A DNA stretch of 64,000 nt from Bacteroidota bacterium (GTDB lineage Bacteria > Bacteroidota > Bacteroidia > NS11-12g > UBA955), in assembly GCA_040386935.1 (NCBI GenBank), contig JAZKEQ010000006.1, positions 42,482 to 106,481 on the forward strand. The letters are read 5' to 3'. A program made the position numbers and the translations under genes. Positions 42,609 through 52,159 of this stretch are shown here, in pieces; positions within the stretch are counted from its first letter, which is position 1; each line of letters begins with the position of its first letter. Under the pieces are notes generated by a model. It had not been told where the DNA came from. It saw only the letters and a program-made list of their open reading frames with translations, and did not search any database.

Positions 42609-43181
42609 TCAGCGAGTGTTTTTTAGAGTCTCATCGCACTTATCAAAAATTATTTTACTTTTCACAAATGGAATTTCGCATTGGTAAACAGTGTCTCGTT
42701 CTTCAGTAATTTCAACTTTTTTGATGAAAATAGGTATAAAGCCATATTCACTCAGTTCATATTTCATGAGCGGTCCACCTGCAAACCCTTGGTCGCGTTG
42801 GTATTCTATTTTATACTTATTGATGTTCCATTTGTTTTCAACAGTTAGTGAACCTGATAATACATCCATTACCATAAAAAAACTAAGTATAAGGAAAAGT
42901 AGTCCGGAAATTATAGCCGCTGAAATGATTTTTGGTGTTTTTGCCTCAATTTGTCTTGAATATAATGCGTAAGCACTACCTAGCCCCATAAGCCCTAATA
43001 ATGGATAAACCCATGAGGCGATATATGAATAACCAAATAAGATGGGAGAGAACAAAATAAGCGATATTATTAAAGTGTACACTATCGTTTTTTTTGTCGA
43101 CATATAGTCGAACGCCAGTCCTAATAATGGGAAGGCAAATAGGATAAAAAGTTGTTTTCCATGTTCAAATAACCAAATCAT
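42609..43181 (-). CDS. Hypothetical membrane protein (array cargo)
   Basis: Four TM segments; QGFAGGP. Confidence 0.65.
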   Translation of the reverse strand: MIWLFEHGKQLFILFAFPLLGLAFDYMSTKKTIVYTLIISLILFSPILFGYSYIASWVYPLLGLMGLGSAYALYSRQIEAKTPKIISAAIISGLLFLILSFFMVMDVLSGSLTVENKWNINKYKIEYQRDQGFAGGPLMKYELSEYGFIPIFIKKVEITEERDTVYQCEIPFVKSKIIFDKCDETLKNTR

Positions 43182-43204
43182 TGTTGTGTAATATTAAATG
43201 TTTT

Positions 43205-43313
43205 GTCGCTGCCAGTCTCGAAACTTAGGGAACAGCATATACTACTCCAAACATAAGTATTTATTTTTCAATTTTGAATTATTGTCCCCGAAGGTATGTT
43301 ATCAATAATGGCG
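43205..43313. repeat. Hairpin repeat, complete short-spacer variant
   Basis: A arm, CCAAACATAAG spacer, CCGAAGGTATGT..CAATAATGGCG. Confidence 0.88.
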
Positions 43314-43350
43314 AAATCACCCGGCCTAACGTGTAGCCCTTGTTATGCTC

Positions 43351-43947
43351 TTATTTTTCTGTCATTCTACCCAATCTGTTAATTTTTATAGTCTTAACAA
43401 AGTGATTGAATGTATCCATTATCATTTCTTTAGCACCTATTCTTTCTCGATAATCTACATGGTCAAAAGCGATAGTATTATTATTAATTATATTTTTATT
43501 AATTGTATAAGCTCTACCATTATCATACATGGTGGATATGCCAATGTAGTAGGTGTCTATTAATTTTGATGTTGAATCGTGTGTACAAAGAAACATTTGC
43601 TCGGACGTACTGGTATTTGCCAATATGGTGACTGTTATCCCTTTTCCCGGCTTCATATTAACCTTGTTTGCCATTGTTATTCTTCTTTCCTTTACAGTAT
43701 CAAGAATACCGGGATAATATTTGTCATAATCAAAATTGACTACACCTTCTTCCGGTAGGTTTTCAACTCCGCCATTTACAAATGAGGGTTGCCCGTTCAA
43801 TGGTTTTTTTGTTGAGTCGAGATTAATAAGTTGACTTTTTTTTAATGATTCAATTTGTGAGGAATCATTGCTATTAATTGAGCGGTCATTACTTATGTTA
43901 CATCCCATGAGTAGGAGGAGAGGAGCTAAGATATAGAGTGTTTTCAT
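43351..43947 (-). CDS. Hypothetical lipoprotein (array cargo)
   Basis: LMGC lipobox. Confidence 0.65.
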   Translation of the reverse strand: MKTLYILAPLLLLMGCNISNDRSINSNDSSQIESLKKSQLINLDSTKKPLNGQPSFVNGGVENLPEEGVVNFDYDKYYPGILDTVKERRITMANKVNMKPGKGITVTILANTSTSEQMFLCTHDSTSKLIDTYYIGISTMYDNGRAYTINKNIINNNTIAFDHVDYRERIGAKEMIMDTFNHFVKTIKINRLGRMTEK

Positions 43948-43954
43948 GGTTTAA

Positions 43955-43988
43955 TTATTGTTGCTGAAGTTTAGTGGCTAATAATAGC
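43955..43988. repeat. Hairpin repeat, degenerate B arm
   Basis: TTATTGTTGCTGAAGTTTAGTGGCTAATAATAGC. Confidence 0.55.
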
Positions 43989-43992
43989 TTAA

Positions 43993-44565
43993 TTAACCGC
44001 TGATGAATCTTCCATTAAAGCCGAGTTCATATTTATTGTCACTGAAGTCTAATAAGCTAATGTAAGTGTCGTGCATTACAAATGCTTCTTGCTCATTGTT
44101 CTCATCGGTATTTACGATGATATCTCTCAGCCCCTCTGACCAAATTATTTCTCCTGTATGGCTGAGTCGGGTTACTGTTAACTCGCCATGTGTGAATAGC
44201 CCATTGTCTGCTTTATAAATACCAAAGCAAACTGCCATATCTACTTCGGTTATCCAATTGAGGGCCAGGTCAGGCAGTGATAAGCTGAATACATTAACAC
44301 CACAGCAAACAAAAATGGCATTACCGGCTATAACAGCTGATTGCTCGTGTATTGTGGTACCACCGGATGCACATATAAGCGCACTTTTATAAAGTTGATT
44401 GTCTTCAAAAATTTTAATAGCATGTTTACTGCCCTTTCCTTCATTGGCTTTATAAACCAAGTCATAATTGGAATTGTTATCTGCCGAATTGTTTCCCAAT
44501 GTTTCGACATCTGATAATTCAATTACATATTTGTCAAAGTTTAATATCAATTTGAATTTGTCCAT
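43993..44565 (-). CDS. Hypothetical protein (array cargo)
   Basis: GGT.IH, L.LP.L.L.W, HGEL.V.RL. Confidence 0.65.
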   Translation of the reverse strand: MDKFKLILNFDKYVIELSDVETLGNNSADNNSNYDLVYKANEGKGSKHAIKIFEDNQLYKSALICASGGTTIHEQSAVIAGNAIFVCCGVNVFSLSLPDLALNWITEVDMAVCFGIYKADNGLFTHGELTVTRLSHTGEIIWSEGLRDIIVNTDENNEQEAFVMHDTYISLLDFSDNKYELGFNGRFISG

Positions 44566-44596
44566 TTTGCTAGCTTGCAATTTATGAATATTTTTT

Positions 44597-44651
44597 ATCG
44601 CTATTGGTGTTTTTTACCCATTCTTGCAAAATTTCTGGGCCAACAATGGCG
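44597..44651. repeat. Hairpin repeat, collapsed A/B hybrid
   Basis: ATCGCTATTGGTG...GGGCCAACAATGGCG. Confidence 0.75.
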
Positions 44652-44691
44652 ATATTACTCAAAAAAAATGAATAAGCTTTCAGAATTTTTT

Positions 44692-44843
44692 GCCGCTGTT
44701 TGTGTTTTTGTGCCTTGCCTGTGTGTTGGTCACCAACAGCACTTACCACCTCAAACATAAGTATTTATTTTTCAATTTTGTGTTTCTTGTAACCGTATGG
44801 GTAGGGTCGTATTGTTCCCGAAGGTTCGGGACCAATAATGGTT
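44692..44843. repeat. Hairpin repeat, complete long form
   Basis: GCCGCTGTT...CACCAACAGC, spacer, ATTGTTCCCGAAGGTTCGGGACCAATAATGG. Confidence 0.92.
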
Positions 44844-44863
44844 GAAATTTCTTAAACACTCAC

Positions 44864-45505
44864 TTATAATGTCGTTTTAGCATCTGCTTTTCGCCCATAG
44901 AAGTAAGATATTTTATTTTCAACATCATCGTAGGTTACAGGTTGTTGTTGCTTATTAAATTCAAAGTAGCTCAATAAACCAAAGTCGCCCGAACACATGG
45001 CCGTGTGGGCAAGCAAAATACTTGAAATTGTTAACGCCCAATTTGTATTTGAAAAAAATAGAAACACAATTAAAGTAGTGGTGATAATGATAAATGGCGC
45101 TAGCGCTACTATTTCAAATTCTTTTTTATTGGCCACAAACTTGTCTGCCAGGGCCATAAAGTAAAATTTTTTAAGGTTGGCGCCATACGATGTGTTGGTG
45201 GCGCCTTGCGATTTGTAGGCCAATACATGGATGTATTCGTGCAATGGAAGTAATGCAAATGCAATGGCAAGGCCGTACGAAAATTGAGTAAAACGGCTGC
45301 CAAAGCTATAATTGGGCATACCATAACCCTGAGCAAAAAAGTAGCCAACCAGTGCAAATGCAAAGATGTTGGCCGTATAATAAAGCGCTTTATATTTTGT
45401 TCGTTTTTTTAAATATTCCCTTATGAAGGGCACAAGTTCTTTATGTCCTAACTGGTTGAGCAGTACATAGCCGTTTTGCGCTAATTGATCCGGTTTTATA
45501 TTCAT
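44864..45505 (-). CDS. DUF3267-like membrane zincin peptidase
   Basis: HEYIH, ALAPF, C.GDF. Confidence 0.75.
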   Translation of the reverse strand: MNIKPDQLAQNGYVLLNQLGHKELVPFIREYLKKRTKYKALYYTANIFAFALVGYFFAQGYGMPNYSFGSRFTQFSYGLAIAFALLPLHEYIHVLAYKSQGATNTSYGANLKKFYFMALADKFVANKKEFEIVALAPFIIITTTLIVFLFFSNTNWALTISSILLAHTAMCSGDFGLLSYFEFNKQQQPVTYDDVENKISYFYGRKADAKTTL

Positions 45506-45517
45506 TTTTATAGGCTT

Positions 45518-46315
45518 TTAAGTTTTATACGTTATTTCTTTTTTGTCTTTATTCGCTTTTAATAAAGGGCGGCCTTGTAATGCCTGAATAAGTGTAAACA
45601 GTGCCAATAATGCATATACAATGGAAAGGCCTATGGTTAATTTTGTATTCTTCAATATAAAATACGAAAGCAATGGCAATAGTTGAAGGGCATGCATGCC
45701 TATAAAGTGTGAAACTCTTAAATCGCCTACGGTCTTGCTCCAGCCTACAATGAACCAATTAGAATTATCGTTGAGCGCGCCAACACTGTGATTTAATCTT
45801 GCTCCCATGGCAAAGCCTTCAAAAGAAAATATGACGAACATAATAATACCTAATCGAATGCCCCATACATAATAATCAGGTAAATTGGGGAATTCGAATT
45901 TGAAAAATAAGTAGCCAATATATGCGGTGTACAGGGTAACTGCAGTGGCCGCTAATGCCATGAGGGTATATAAATAGGCATAAGCCTGGGTTGAAGTATT
46001 GTAATGCGACAGTTGGCCCCTGCCGGCTTGAAAAGCGATGTAGAAAATCTCGAAACTCCATAACACAACAACTGTTAGATTGAACAACTTGATATTAAAT
46101 TCGGGCAAATAATAGCAATACCAAGCCATGGTCCACGAGTATACCCCAAGCGAAAGGGCAAATTTAAAGGGCTTATACCAGGCATTGACATTGTACACCT
46201 GTGTGGTAGTAACTTTTGAAAGTATTAAAAATGCAATGGATAAAACAATACAGATGAACCCGAAGTAAAACAGTACTTCATTTCGATGTTTTAATTGTTG
46301 AATAAAGTCTATCAT
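45518..46315 (-). CDS. Hypothetical multi-pass membrane protein
   Basis: W.KPFKFALS, QAGRGQ.SHYN, GDLRVSHF.G.HALQ. Confidence 0.75.
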   Translation of the reverse strand: MIDFIQQLKHRNEVLFYFGFICIVLSIAFLILSKVTTTQVYNVNAWYKPFKFALSLGVYSWTMAWYCYYLPEFNIKLFNLTVVVLWSFEIFYIAFQAGRGQLSHYNTSTQAYAYLYTLMALAATAVTLYTAYIGYLFFKFEFPNLPDYYVWGIRLGIIMFVIFSFEGFAMGARLNHSVGALNDNSNWFIVGWSKTVGDLRVSHFIGMHALQLLPLLSYFILKNTKLTIGLSIVYALLALFTLIQALQGRPLLKANKDKKEITYKT

Positions 46316-47091
46316 TATTGTATACCGGCTAAATTCTTTTTTATCTTCATCATTAATTTATCAGGTGTTATTCTTGGTAAATTGCTCAGTAGCCAATTCA
46401 TAAAACCGACAATTGTTTTGCCTTTGCCATACAAAAATAATTGAACACCGGCTTTTGCTACAACAGCCGAAGGCATTGGTTTGTTTGCACGCATAGCCTT
46501 GGTTTTGCGCATTGCTGTGGTGTGGAAGGGTGTTTCTACCGTACCCGGACAAAGGGCAGTAACTATGACTCCTGTGCCCTGTAATTCGGCCGCCACTGTT
46601 TCTGTAAATGCCAACACAAAACTTTTAGTGGCTGAATACACCGCATAGTATGGAAAGGGTAGAAATGACAGCAATGAGGCTACATTCATGATGCGCCCCT
46701 TTCCGGCTTTTACCATATCGGCTGCCAGCAACTTTGTAAGGCCTACCAATGTGGTAATATTTACAGCTATCATGGCTTCAATTGTACTTAAGGGCATATT
46801 TACAAAATGGCCATAATCACCAAACCCGGCATTGTTGATTAAGCCTGTTACTTTGAAATTGTGTGTCTTTAATTCATTGTATAAATCCTGTGCTGAATTG
46901 GGTTCTGCTAAATCATACAGCATATACACGACATCTATGTTGTATTGGTCTATCAATTGTTTTTGCAGTATTTCTAACTTGTCTTTGCTGCGGGCCACTA
47001 AAATTAAATGGTGTTTTTTGGCTGCTAATTGTTGGGCAAGTTCATAGCCTATGCCGGAACTGGCGCCAGTTATTAAAGTAAATTCTTTCAT
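46315..47091 (-). CDS. Short-chain dehydrogenase/reductase
   Basis: TGASSGIG, NNAG, YSATK. Confidence 0.92.
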   Translation of the reverse strand: MKEFTLITGASSGIGYELAQQLAAKKHHLILVARSKDKLEILQKQLIDQYNIDVVYMLYDLAEPNSAQDLYNELKTHNFKVTGLINNAGFGDYGHFVNMPLSTIEAMIAVNITTLVGLTKLLAADMVKAGKGRIMNVASLLSFLPFPYYAVYSATKSFVLAFTETVAAELQGTGVIVTALCPGTVETPFHTTAMRKTKAMRANKPMPSAVVAKAGVQLFLYGKGKTIVGFMNWLLSNLPRITPDKLMMKIKKNLAGIQ

Positions 47092-47102
47092 GGGGAGTAG
47101 TT

Positions 47103-47639
47103 TTAGTGTTCTGATTTTGTTTTCAATTCTTGAAGCCATAGCGCATGCAATCGCTCCAATTTTTTCCCTTGAAAAGTTTTTTCGAAAAATGTTAACCAAC
47201 CATTTTGCAATTCTTCTGTGATCACTCTGCAGCCGTTTGCAGTAGGTACAATCCACCATACATGATAGCCTCTTATACTGGGCTTTTTGCTTTCCCAGGC
47301 CAGTAGTCGGTAGGGGTCAAATTGTAGAATGGTAGATTGAAATTTTAATCCCATAGTTTTCCAATTGAAAACAGCATTGGCCTGCAATAAAGTATCGGTA
47401 GGTGGTGATAAGGTAACTTTTTGGGCCCCTTTGTACCATTGTGGCCACTTTAATGCATCAATGAGATGGCCCCAAACAGTAGCTGGAGTCGCCTTGATTT
47501 CAATTTCATTGTGTACAAAAAATTGACTGATTGATGGATGGTACTCAGTGGGCCACTGAATGGAGTCTGTGCTATTTTGACCCGATAAGCAGGACATCGA
47601 GATAGCTGCATACGCTAAAATAATAAATAACCTTGTCAT
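47103..47639 (-). CDS. SRPBCC/polyketide cyclase-like exported protein
   Basis: HNEIEIKA.P..VW..L..WPQWY. Confidence 0.75.
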   Translation of the reverse strand: MTRLFIILAYAAISMSCLSGQNSTDSIQWPTEYHPSISQFFVHNEIEIKATPATVWGHLIDALKWPQWYKGAQKVTLSPPTDTLLQANAVFNWKTMGLKFQSTILQFDPYRLLAWESKKPSIRGYHVWWIVPTANGCRVITEELQNGWLTFFEKTFQGKKLERLHALWLQELKTKSEH

Positions 47640-47722
47640 TGTAATTTGTTTTAAATTATAATGCAAAGGTCTAATGACCAATGGTGTGGAAACGATAACA
47701 AATGTTTAGATTTTTACATGGG

Positions 47723-48286
47723 TCAGCTTTTTTTAAGGCGACTTAAGTGAATAGGTGTAATGCCTAAATAAGATGCAATCATGTGCTGAGGTACCCGATT
47801 GTGAATATTGGGAAATACTTCTGTAATACTGTCGTATCGCTCTTTGGGTGTTCTTACGTATCTGTTTTTGATGCGGTCGTCTTGGTAGATAAAATAATAT
47901 TCAGCTATCAGTCGTCCCATTTTTTGCCCTTCGGTTAAATGTGTGTAACCCCATTCTATGGCTGAGCGTGGCAATACAACGACCTCTGTATCTTCTAACG
48001 CCTGCAGGCTGTAAAATGAGGGTTGTTGTTGAATAAAGTTTGAATAATCTGCAATGAACTGATTCTCGAGCGCAAAGTGGATGGTGTGTTCTGTGCCCTC
48101 GTGGTCGGTTATTAAAACACGTATAAGGCCGCGATTGATGAAGTATATATTGTTGGGAATTGCATCGGGTGCACTTATTATGGTCTGTCGCTTAAAAGTT
48201 TTGGTAATGGTTTGATCTAAGAAGTTTTTGAGTTCATCTTCTGAAACGTTAATCATCTGTTTCATTACCCTTCTAATTTGGTCCAT
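47723..48286 (-). CDS. Crp/Fnr family regulator
   Basis: YFI..GLIR, QALED, IASYLGITP.HLSR. Confidence 0.9.
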   Translation of the reverse strand: MDQIRRVMKQMINVSEDELKNFLDQTITKTFKRQTIISAPDAIPNNIYFINRGLIRVLITDHEGTEHTIHFALENQFIADYSNFIQQQPSFYSLQALEDTEVVVLPRSAIEWGYTHLTEGQKMGRLIAEYYFIYQDDRIKNRYVRTPKERYDSITEVFPNIHNRVPQHMIASYLGITPIHLSRLKKS

Positions 48287-48385
48287 TTATTTATAGTAGT
48301 GTTGGGTTATTATATCGCAACACTATAATTAACATTTGCCAATTTGTTTTTGTTTTATTGGTGCCGATTGCTAACTCCCTGCCAT

Positions 48386-48415
48386 AAAAAGTCGGAACAT
48401 TGCTGCCCCGACTTT
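48386..48415 (-). terminator. Intrinsic terminator
   Basis: AAAGTCGG/CCGACTTT stem with T run on minus strand. Confidence 0.65.
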
Positions 48416-48436
48416 AATTCGAATTAAATTTTTTAA

Positions 48437-48853
48437 TTAGTTGATAATCCTTTTGTCTTTGGCTACAAATTTTGCAAAGGCTAACAATGCACCTGTTACC
48501 ATAATGTTTCTGAAAAAATTAACCATTTCTAATTCTTTCTCTCTTGCTATATCAGCCGTCATGTTTTCTGTGCCCAATTCGAACCCCATTGCTCTTGGTA
48601 AGTGAACCAATACAGCCATTAATATTACATACAATGCCATTAGGGTGTAGGCGAGTTTATCATATTTGCCAATAACTGCACTGATAATAAATAATAGGAT
48701 GCATACCAAAGTGAAGTAGTTCCAAAAGTAGGGCAGTGGCAAATAATCAGGTACGAATGAAGCGCCAACTTCGGGTTTGCCAAGATGCAAGCCCACATAC
48801 AGTAAAAATGAAAGTGGAAAAATATATTTCCCTGAATTTAAGAGTTTGTCCAT
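48437..48853 (-). CDS. DoxX-like membrane protein
   Basis: FVP.YLP..YFW.YFT, LVHLP. Confidence 0.6.
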   Translation of the reverse strand: MDKLLNSGKYIFPLSFLLYVGLHLGKPEVGASFVPDYLPLPYFWNYFTLVCILLFIISAVIGKYDKLAYTLMALYVILMAVLVHLPRAMGFELGTENMTADIAREKELEMVNFFRNIMVTGALLAFAKFVAKDKRIIN

Positions 48854-48864
48854 GTTCTGAGTGG

Positions 48865-49221
48865 TTAATTGGTTGGGAATGGAACCAGTGGTCGAATTTC
48901 AACCGAACTGTTGGGGTATTTTAGAATAGGGCAGGTTTTGCTCCATTCTTTAACTTCCTCAATATTGTCGGATTTACAGATTAAAAAACCCGAAACCAAT
49001 ACGGTGTCTGATTCTTTGTGCGGCCCCGCTGCCCCACCGGTGGCGGTAACAATTGATGCATCATCATATTGAATGGGGGCTGTATGCACTAATTTGCCTT
49101 GCATGGCGATATGGCCTATCCACGATTGCCACTTGGGCATATCGTTCGCCATATCTTCTGTTGTTGCTAAGTAGCCATTTTCGGCACTTGCATTGCGAAA
49201 TAATAATAAATACTCTGTCAT
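48865..49221 (-). CDS. YciI family protein
   Basis: YLLLFR, GP.KE, CPIL...SVEIRP. Confidence 0.8.
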   Translation of the reverse strand: MTEYLLLFRNASAENGYLATTEDMANDMPKWQSWIGHIAMQGKLVHTAPIQYDDASIVTATGGAAGPHKESDTVLVSGFLICKSDNIEEVKEWSKTCPILKYPNSSVEIRPLVPFPTN

Positions 49222-49299
49222 TTTTTTAATGTTTAATTGTGAATAATGGAACAAAATTCAGCAATTAAAATACCTTGAACGATGACAAAAGTCTATGTT

Positions 49300-49869
49300 T
49301 TATAGTTGCGCTTTTAATCGGCTATAAACATCTTTGTTGATGCCTAAATAGGAAGCTATCAATTTGCTTGAAAGTCTTGTCATCAACATTGGGCGATAAT
49401 TCATCAGCCATTTTATTCTTTCTAATGCCGATAGAGAAACGAAAGTATTGATGCGGTAAACCGAGTTGGCATAAGATGCTTCAAGGATTTGTTTATACAC
49501 CTTATCAAACTGCGGTACGGATTGCATTAAGGATTGAAATGAATTTCTGTCAATTGCAAATAGTTCACAGGGCTCCACTGTTCTTATGTTTTCTGTTGCA
49601 GGAGTTCCATTGCCAAAACTCAATAATTCAGAACACCAATTGTCTTCAGTAACAATATCTCTTGTAGTTTCATTTAAATCGCTATCGTAACTATAGACCT
49701 GTAGGCACCCTTTGGCTATAAAGTAAACATATCGGCAGGCATCTCCCTGTTGTAAAAGTTGCTCATTACGCTTAGTGGTTATATGTTTAAATTTTGATAG
49801 TACAGTGTCAAGGTTGTCGATGTCGTTGCCAAGTCTGTTTATTATATGATTTTTTAAAATGTCTATCAT
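49300..49869 (-). CDS. Crp/Fnr family regulator
   Basis: YFIAKGCL, IASYLGI...YSRL. Confidence 0.9.
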   Translation of the reverse strand: MIDILKNHIINRLGNDIDNLDTVLSKFKHITTKRNEQLLQQGDACRYVYFIAKGCLQVYSYDSDLNETTRDIVTEDNWCSELLSFGNGTPATENIRTVEPCELFAIDRNSFQSLMQSVPQFDKVYKQILEASYANSVYRINTFVSLSALERIKWLMNYRPMLMTRLSSKLIASYLGINKDVYSRLKAQL

Positions 49870-49890
49870 ATGGTGTCTGATTTTTATTGC

Positions 49891-49941
49891 TATTGTTGCT
49901 GATTAGCGAATGTGCCAGGAGTTATGAAAGCAATAATGGCG
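49891..49941. repeat. Hairpin repeat, degenerate B arm
   Basis: TATTGTTG...CAATAATGGCG. Confidence 0.6.
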
Positions 49942-50021
49942 AAATAGTTAAGTTACCACTAAGCCGTTTACAGGGCAAATTAACTAAGCGGTATGAATAG
50001 TCAACTCTGCCTTGCTGTTTT

Positions 50022-51425
50022 CTATTCCCGTACAAATTTTCTGGTTATTGTTGTCATGGAATCTAGGTCTTGCAATTTTAGTAGATAAAAACCTGCCGGT
50101 AAATCAGAAACATTAAGTGTATGGCTGTTCTTATTTTGTAATACCAACTGTCCGAAAATGTCAAATACTGTTACTTCATAGTTTGTAATAGTTGAGCTTA
50201 TATTGAGGGTATTGGTGGTGGGATTAGGGAAAATATTGATTGAATTATCAAGGTTCATTTCGGAAAGACTTGAAGTGTTATTCGTCAAAAAGTTGTAAAT
50301 ATCCCTTTGAAGAAACTCTTGACCAATTTTCATATAGTTGCCGGCCGAACACATGTAAATATCTAAGCTAGGAATGTAACACAGCATAGCACCATAGCCA
50401 AAAGCTGTTCCGGTATGTCCATAACCATATATTGGTCCGTTATTATAACTTTTAAATTGTATGATACCGTGACCATAAGCACCCATGTCGCCTGTATTCG
50501 TTACTACGGTTTTCATGGTGTCAAGCCATTTTGAATTGATGAGTTGCCCTGTAAATAGGGCTTTGTGAAATTTAATTAAGTCGGCTGTATTAGACCAAAT
50601 GTCAGCAGCGCCATAGCCCCATGAATTACTGGCTTCGGTAAAGTCGTATAACGAGTCGGGTTCTAGCCCGCCATTTTCAGCATTAACACCGCCTACAGGA
50701 TAGAACGAGCCTTTCAAATAGCCCCGCATAAAACTGCCGGTAGGAGTGGTGTTAAAATCGGTATTTGTAAGTTGGAGTGGTGAAATGATGCTGTCGGTAA
50801 TAAAGTTTTGATAGGTGGTTCCTGATACTGATTTAATTATTTCAGCCAATAAATAAAAGTTGGCATTGCTATAATAATAGTTGCCTACGCCCTGAGGATT
50901 AGCATAACTCCAAAGCCAAAGTGAGTCAAGCGGAATATCATCATATCGCTTCATGTATATCCAATAGTTTAGCCGACCTTGAAAATCGCTTTGTGGATCA
51001 GTGATTCCGGAGGTGTGACTGAGTAAATGCTTAACTTTTATTTTTTGATAATTGTCGAACCCCTGCACTACGGAAAGTGGTAGGTAGGTGCTAATTGGCG
51101 CATTAAAACTTACCTGTCCGTTTTGAATGAGTTTGAAAATAGCCACAGTAGTGAACATTTTGGTAATACTGGCAACTTTAAATTTTTTGTCAGCCAGCAT
51201 CGTTATTGCGGGCTTTATAGATGCAAGTCCTGCAGAATTTTCATAAACCCAGGCTCCGGGCTTTTCTATGCGTATTACATGGCCGGGTACAAATCCTTGA
51301 AATTGGGTAACATGGGTTTGAAATAATCCATCAATACCACTTTTGATATTTGCCGGTGGTGTTTGACCAAAAGCCCAACTTGAGATTGTAATGGTAAGTA
51401 TTGTGAGTATGGTAGAGCCTTTCAT
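50022..51425 (-). CDS. Serine hydrolase (beta-lactamase/S12-like) with T9SS type A CTD
   Basis: SITK, LLSHTSG, YSN, GHTG; FPNPT..LPAGFY..RKFVRE. Confidence 0.88.
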   Translation of the reverse strand: MKGSTILTILTITISSWAFGQTPPANIKSGIDGLFQTHVTQFQGFVPGHVIRIEKPGAWVYENSAGLASIKPAITMLADKKFKVASITKMFTTVAIFKLIQNGQVSFNAPISTYLPLSVVQGFDNYQKIKVKHLLSHTSGITDPQSDFQGRLNYWIYMKRYDDIPLDSLWLWSYANPQGVGNYYYSNANFYLLAEIIKSVSGTTYQNFITDSIISPLQLTNTDFNTTPTGSFMRGYLKGSFYPVGGVNAENGGLEPDSLYDFTEASNSWGYGAADIWSNTADLIKFHKALFTGQLINSKWLDTMKTVVTNTGDMGAYGHGIIQFKSYNNGPIYGYGHTGTAFGYGAMLCYIPSLDIYMCSAGNYMKIGQEFLQRDIYNFLTNNTSSLSEMNLDNSINIFPNPTTNTLNISSTITNYEVTVFDIFGQLVLQNKNSHTLNVSDLPAGFYLLKLQDLDSMTTITRKFVRE

Positions 51426-51489
51426 TTCTTTTTTTAATTAAACAATTTCAATTTGTTTTTGTTTATGGCTGTCTTTTTTTAAAATGCAT

Positions 51490-51589
51490 TTATACTACCC
51501 CAAACGTAAGCATTTATTTGTACTGCTATGTTGCTTGTACTGTATGGGTAGGGGTGGTTGTTCCCGAAGGTTAGGGGCCAACAATGGCG
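51490..51589. repeat. Hairpin repeat, spacer plus B arm
   Basis: CCAAACGTAAG...GGGTAGGG...TGTTCCCGAAGGTTAGGGGCCAACAATGGCG. Confidence 0.88.
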
Positions 51590-51592
51590 GAT

Positions 51593-51988
51593 TTACGAAG
51601 TTGGCAATTGTGTGCCAATTGACCACATGTTGCCTGCAAAGTCTTTAAATGTGGCACGTCTGTCAGGGTCGCCTTCGCGTTGTTTGGGTTGTTCAATTAT
51701 TTCACAACCGGCTTTGATAGCTTTGTCAAATATTTCATCAACATTGGTAACATACACATGCATTACCAAAGGAACTGGAGGAAATTTGTCGGAAGAATTT
51801 CCCAGCATAATAACAGAATCGTCTATTTGTATTTCAGCATGCATAATAGTGCCATCCGGCATATCATACCGTCTCAATTCTTTTGCATCAAAGATGGTTT
51901 GCATCAAAGCAATGAATTTTTCAGCACCATCTACTATAAAGTATGGTGAAACTGAATTGTAATTGGTTGGCTTAAAGTCTTTATTCAT
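51593..51988 (-). CDS. VOC family protein
   Basis: SVSPYF, HAEIQI.DS, KDFAGN.W. Confidence 0.88.
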   Translation of the reverse strand: MNKDFKPTNYNSVSPYFIVDGAEKFIALMQTIFDAKELRRYDMPDGTIMHAEIQIDDSVIMLGNSSDKFPPVPLVMHVYVTNVDEIFDKAIKAGCEIIEQPKQREGDPDRRATFKDFAGNMWSIGTQLPTS

Positions 51989-52018
51989 ATTTTTAGGGTT
52001 ACTTGTTTGTTGTTTATG

Positions 52019-52127
52019 TTTGCTGTTGGATCCGAAACTTCGGGAACAGCTTACACTACTCCAAACTTAAGTATTTATTTTTCAATTTTGTGTTATTGTT
52101 GCCGAAGGTATGTGACCAACAATGGCG
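52019..52127. repeat. Hairpin repeat, complete short-spacer variant
   Basis: GCTGTTGGATCCGAAACTTCGGGAACAGC...CCGAAGGTATGTGACCAACAATGGCG. Confidence 0.92.
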
Positions 52128-52159
52128 GAATAAATACTGCTATAATATAGTGGCCCTAT

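Noticed and set aside
46315-47259. Long N-terminal extensions in the ORF track (SDR here; also 30198, 33509, 34294, 42138, 59901)
   Set aside because: They overlap neighbouring genes, repeats or operators; downstream starts fit better
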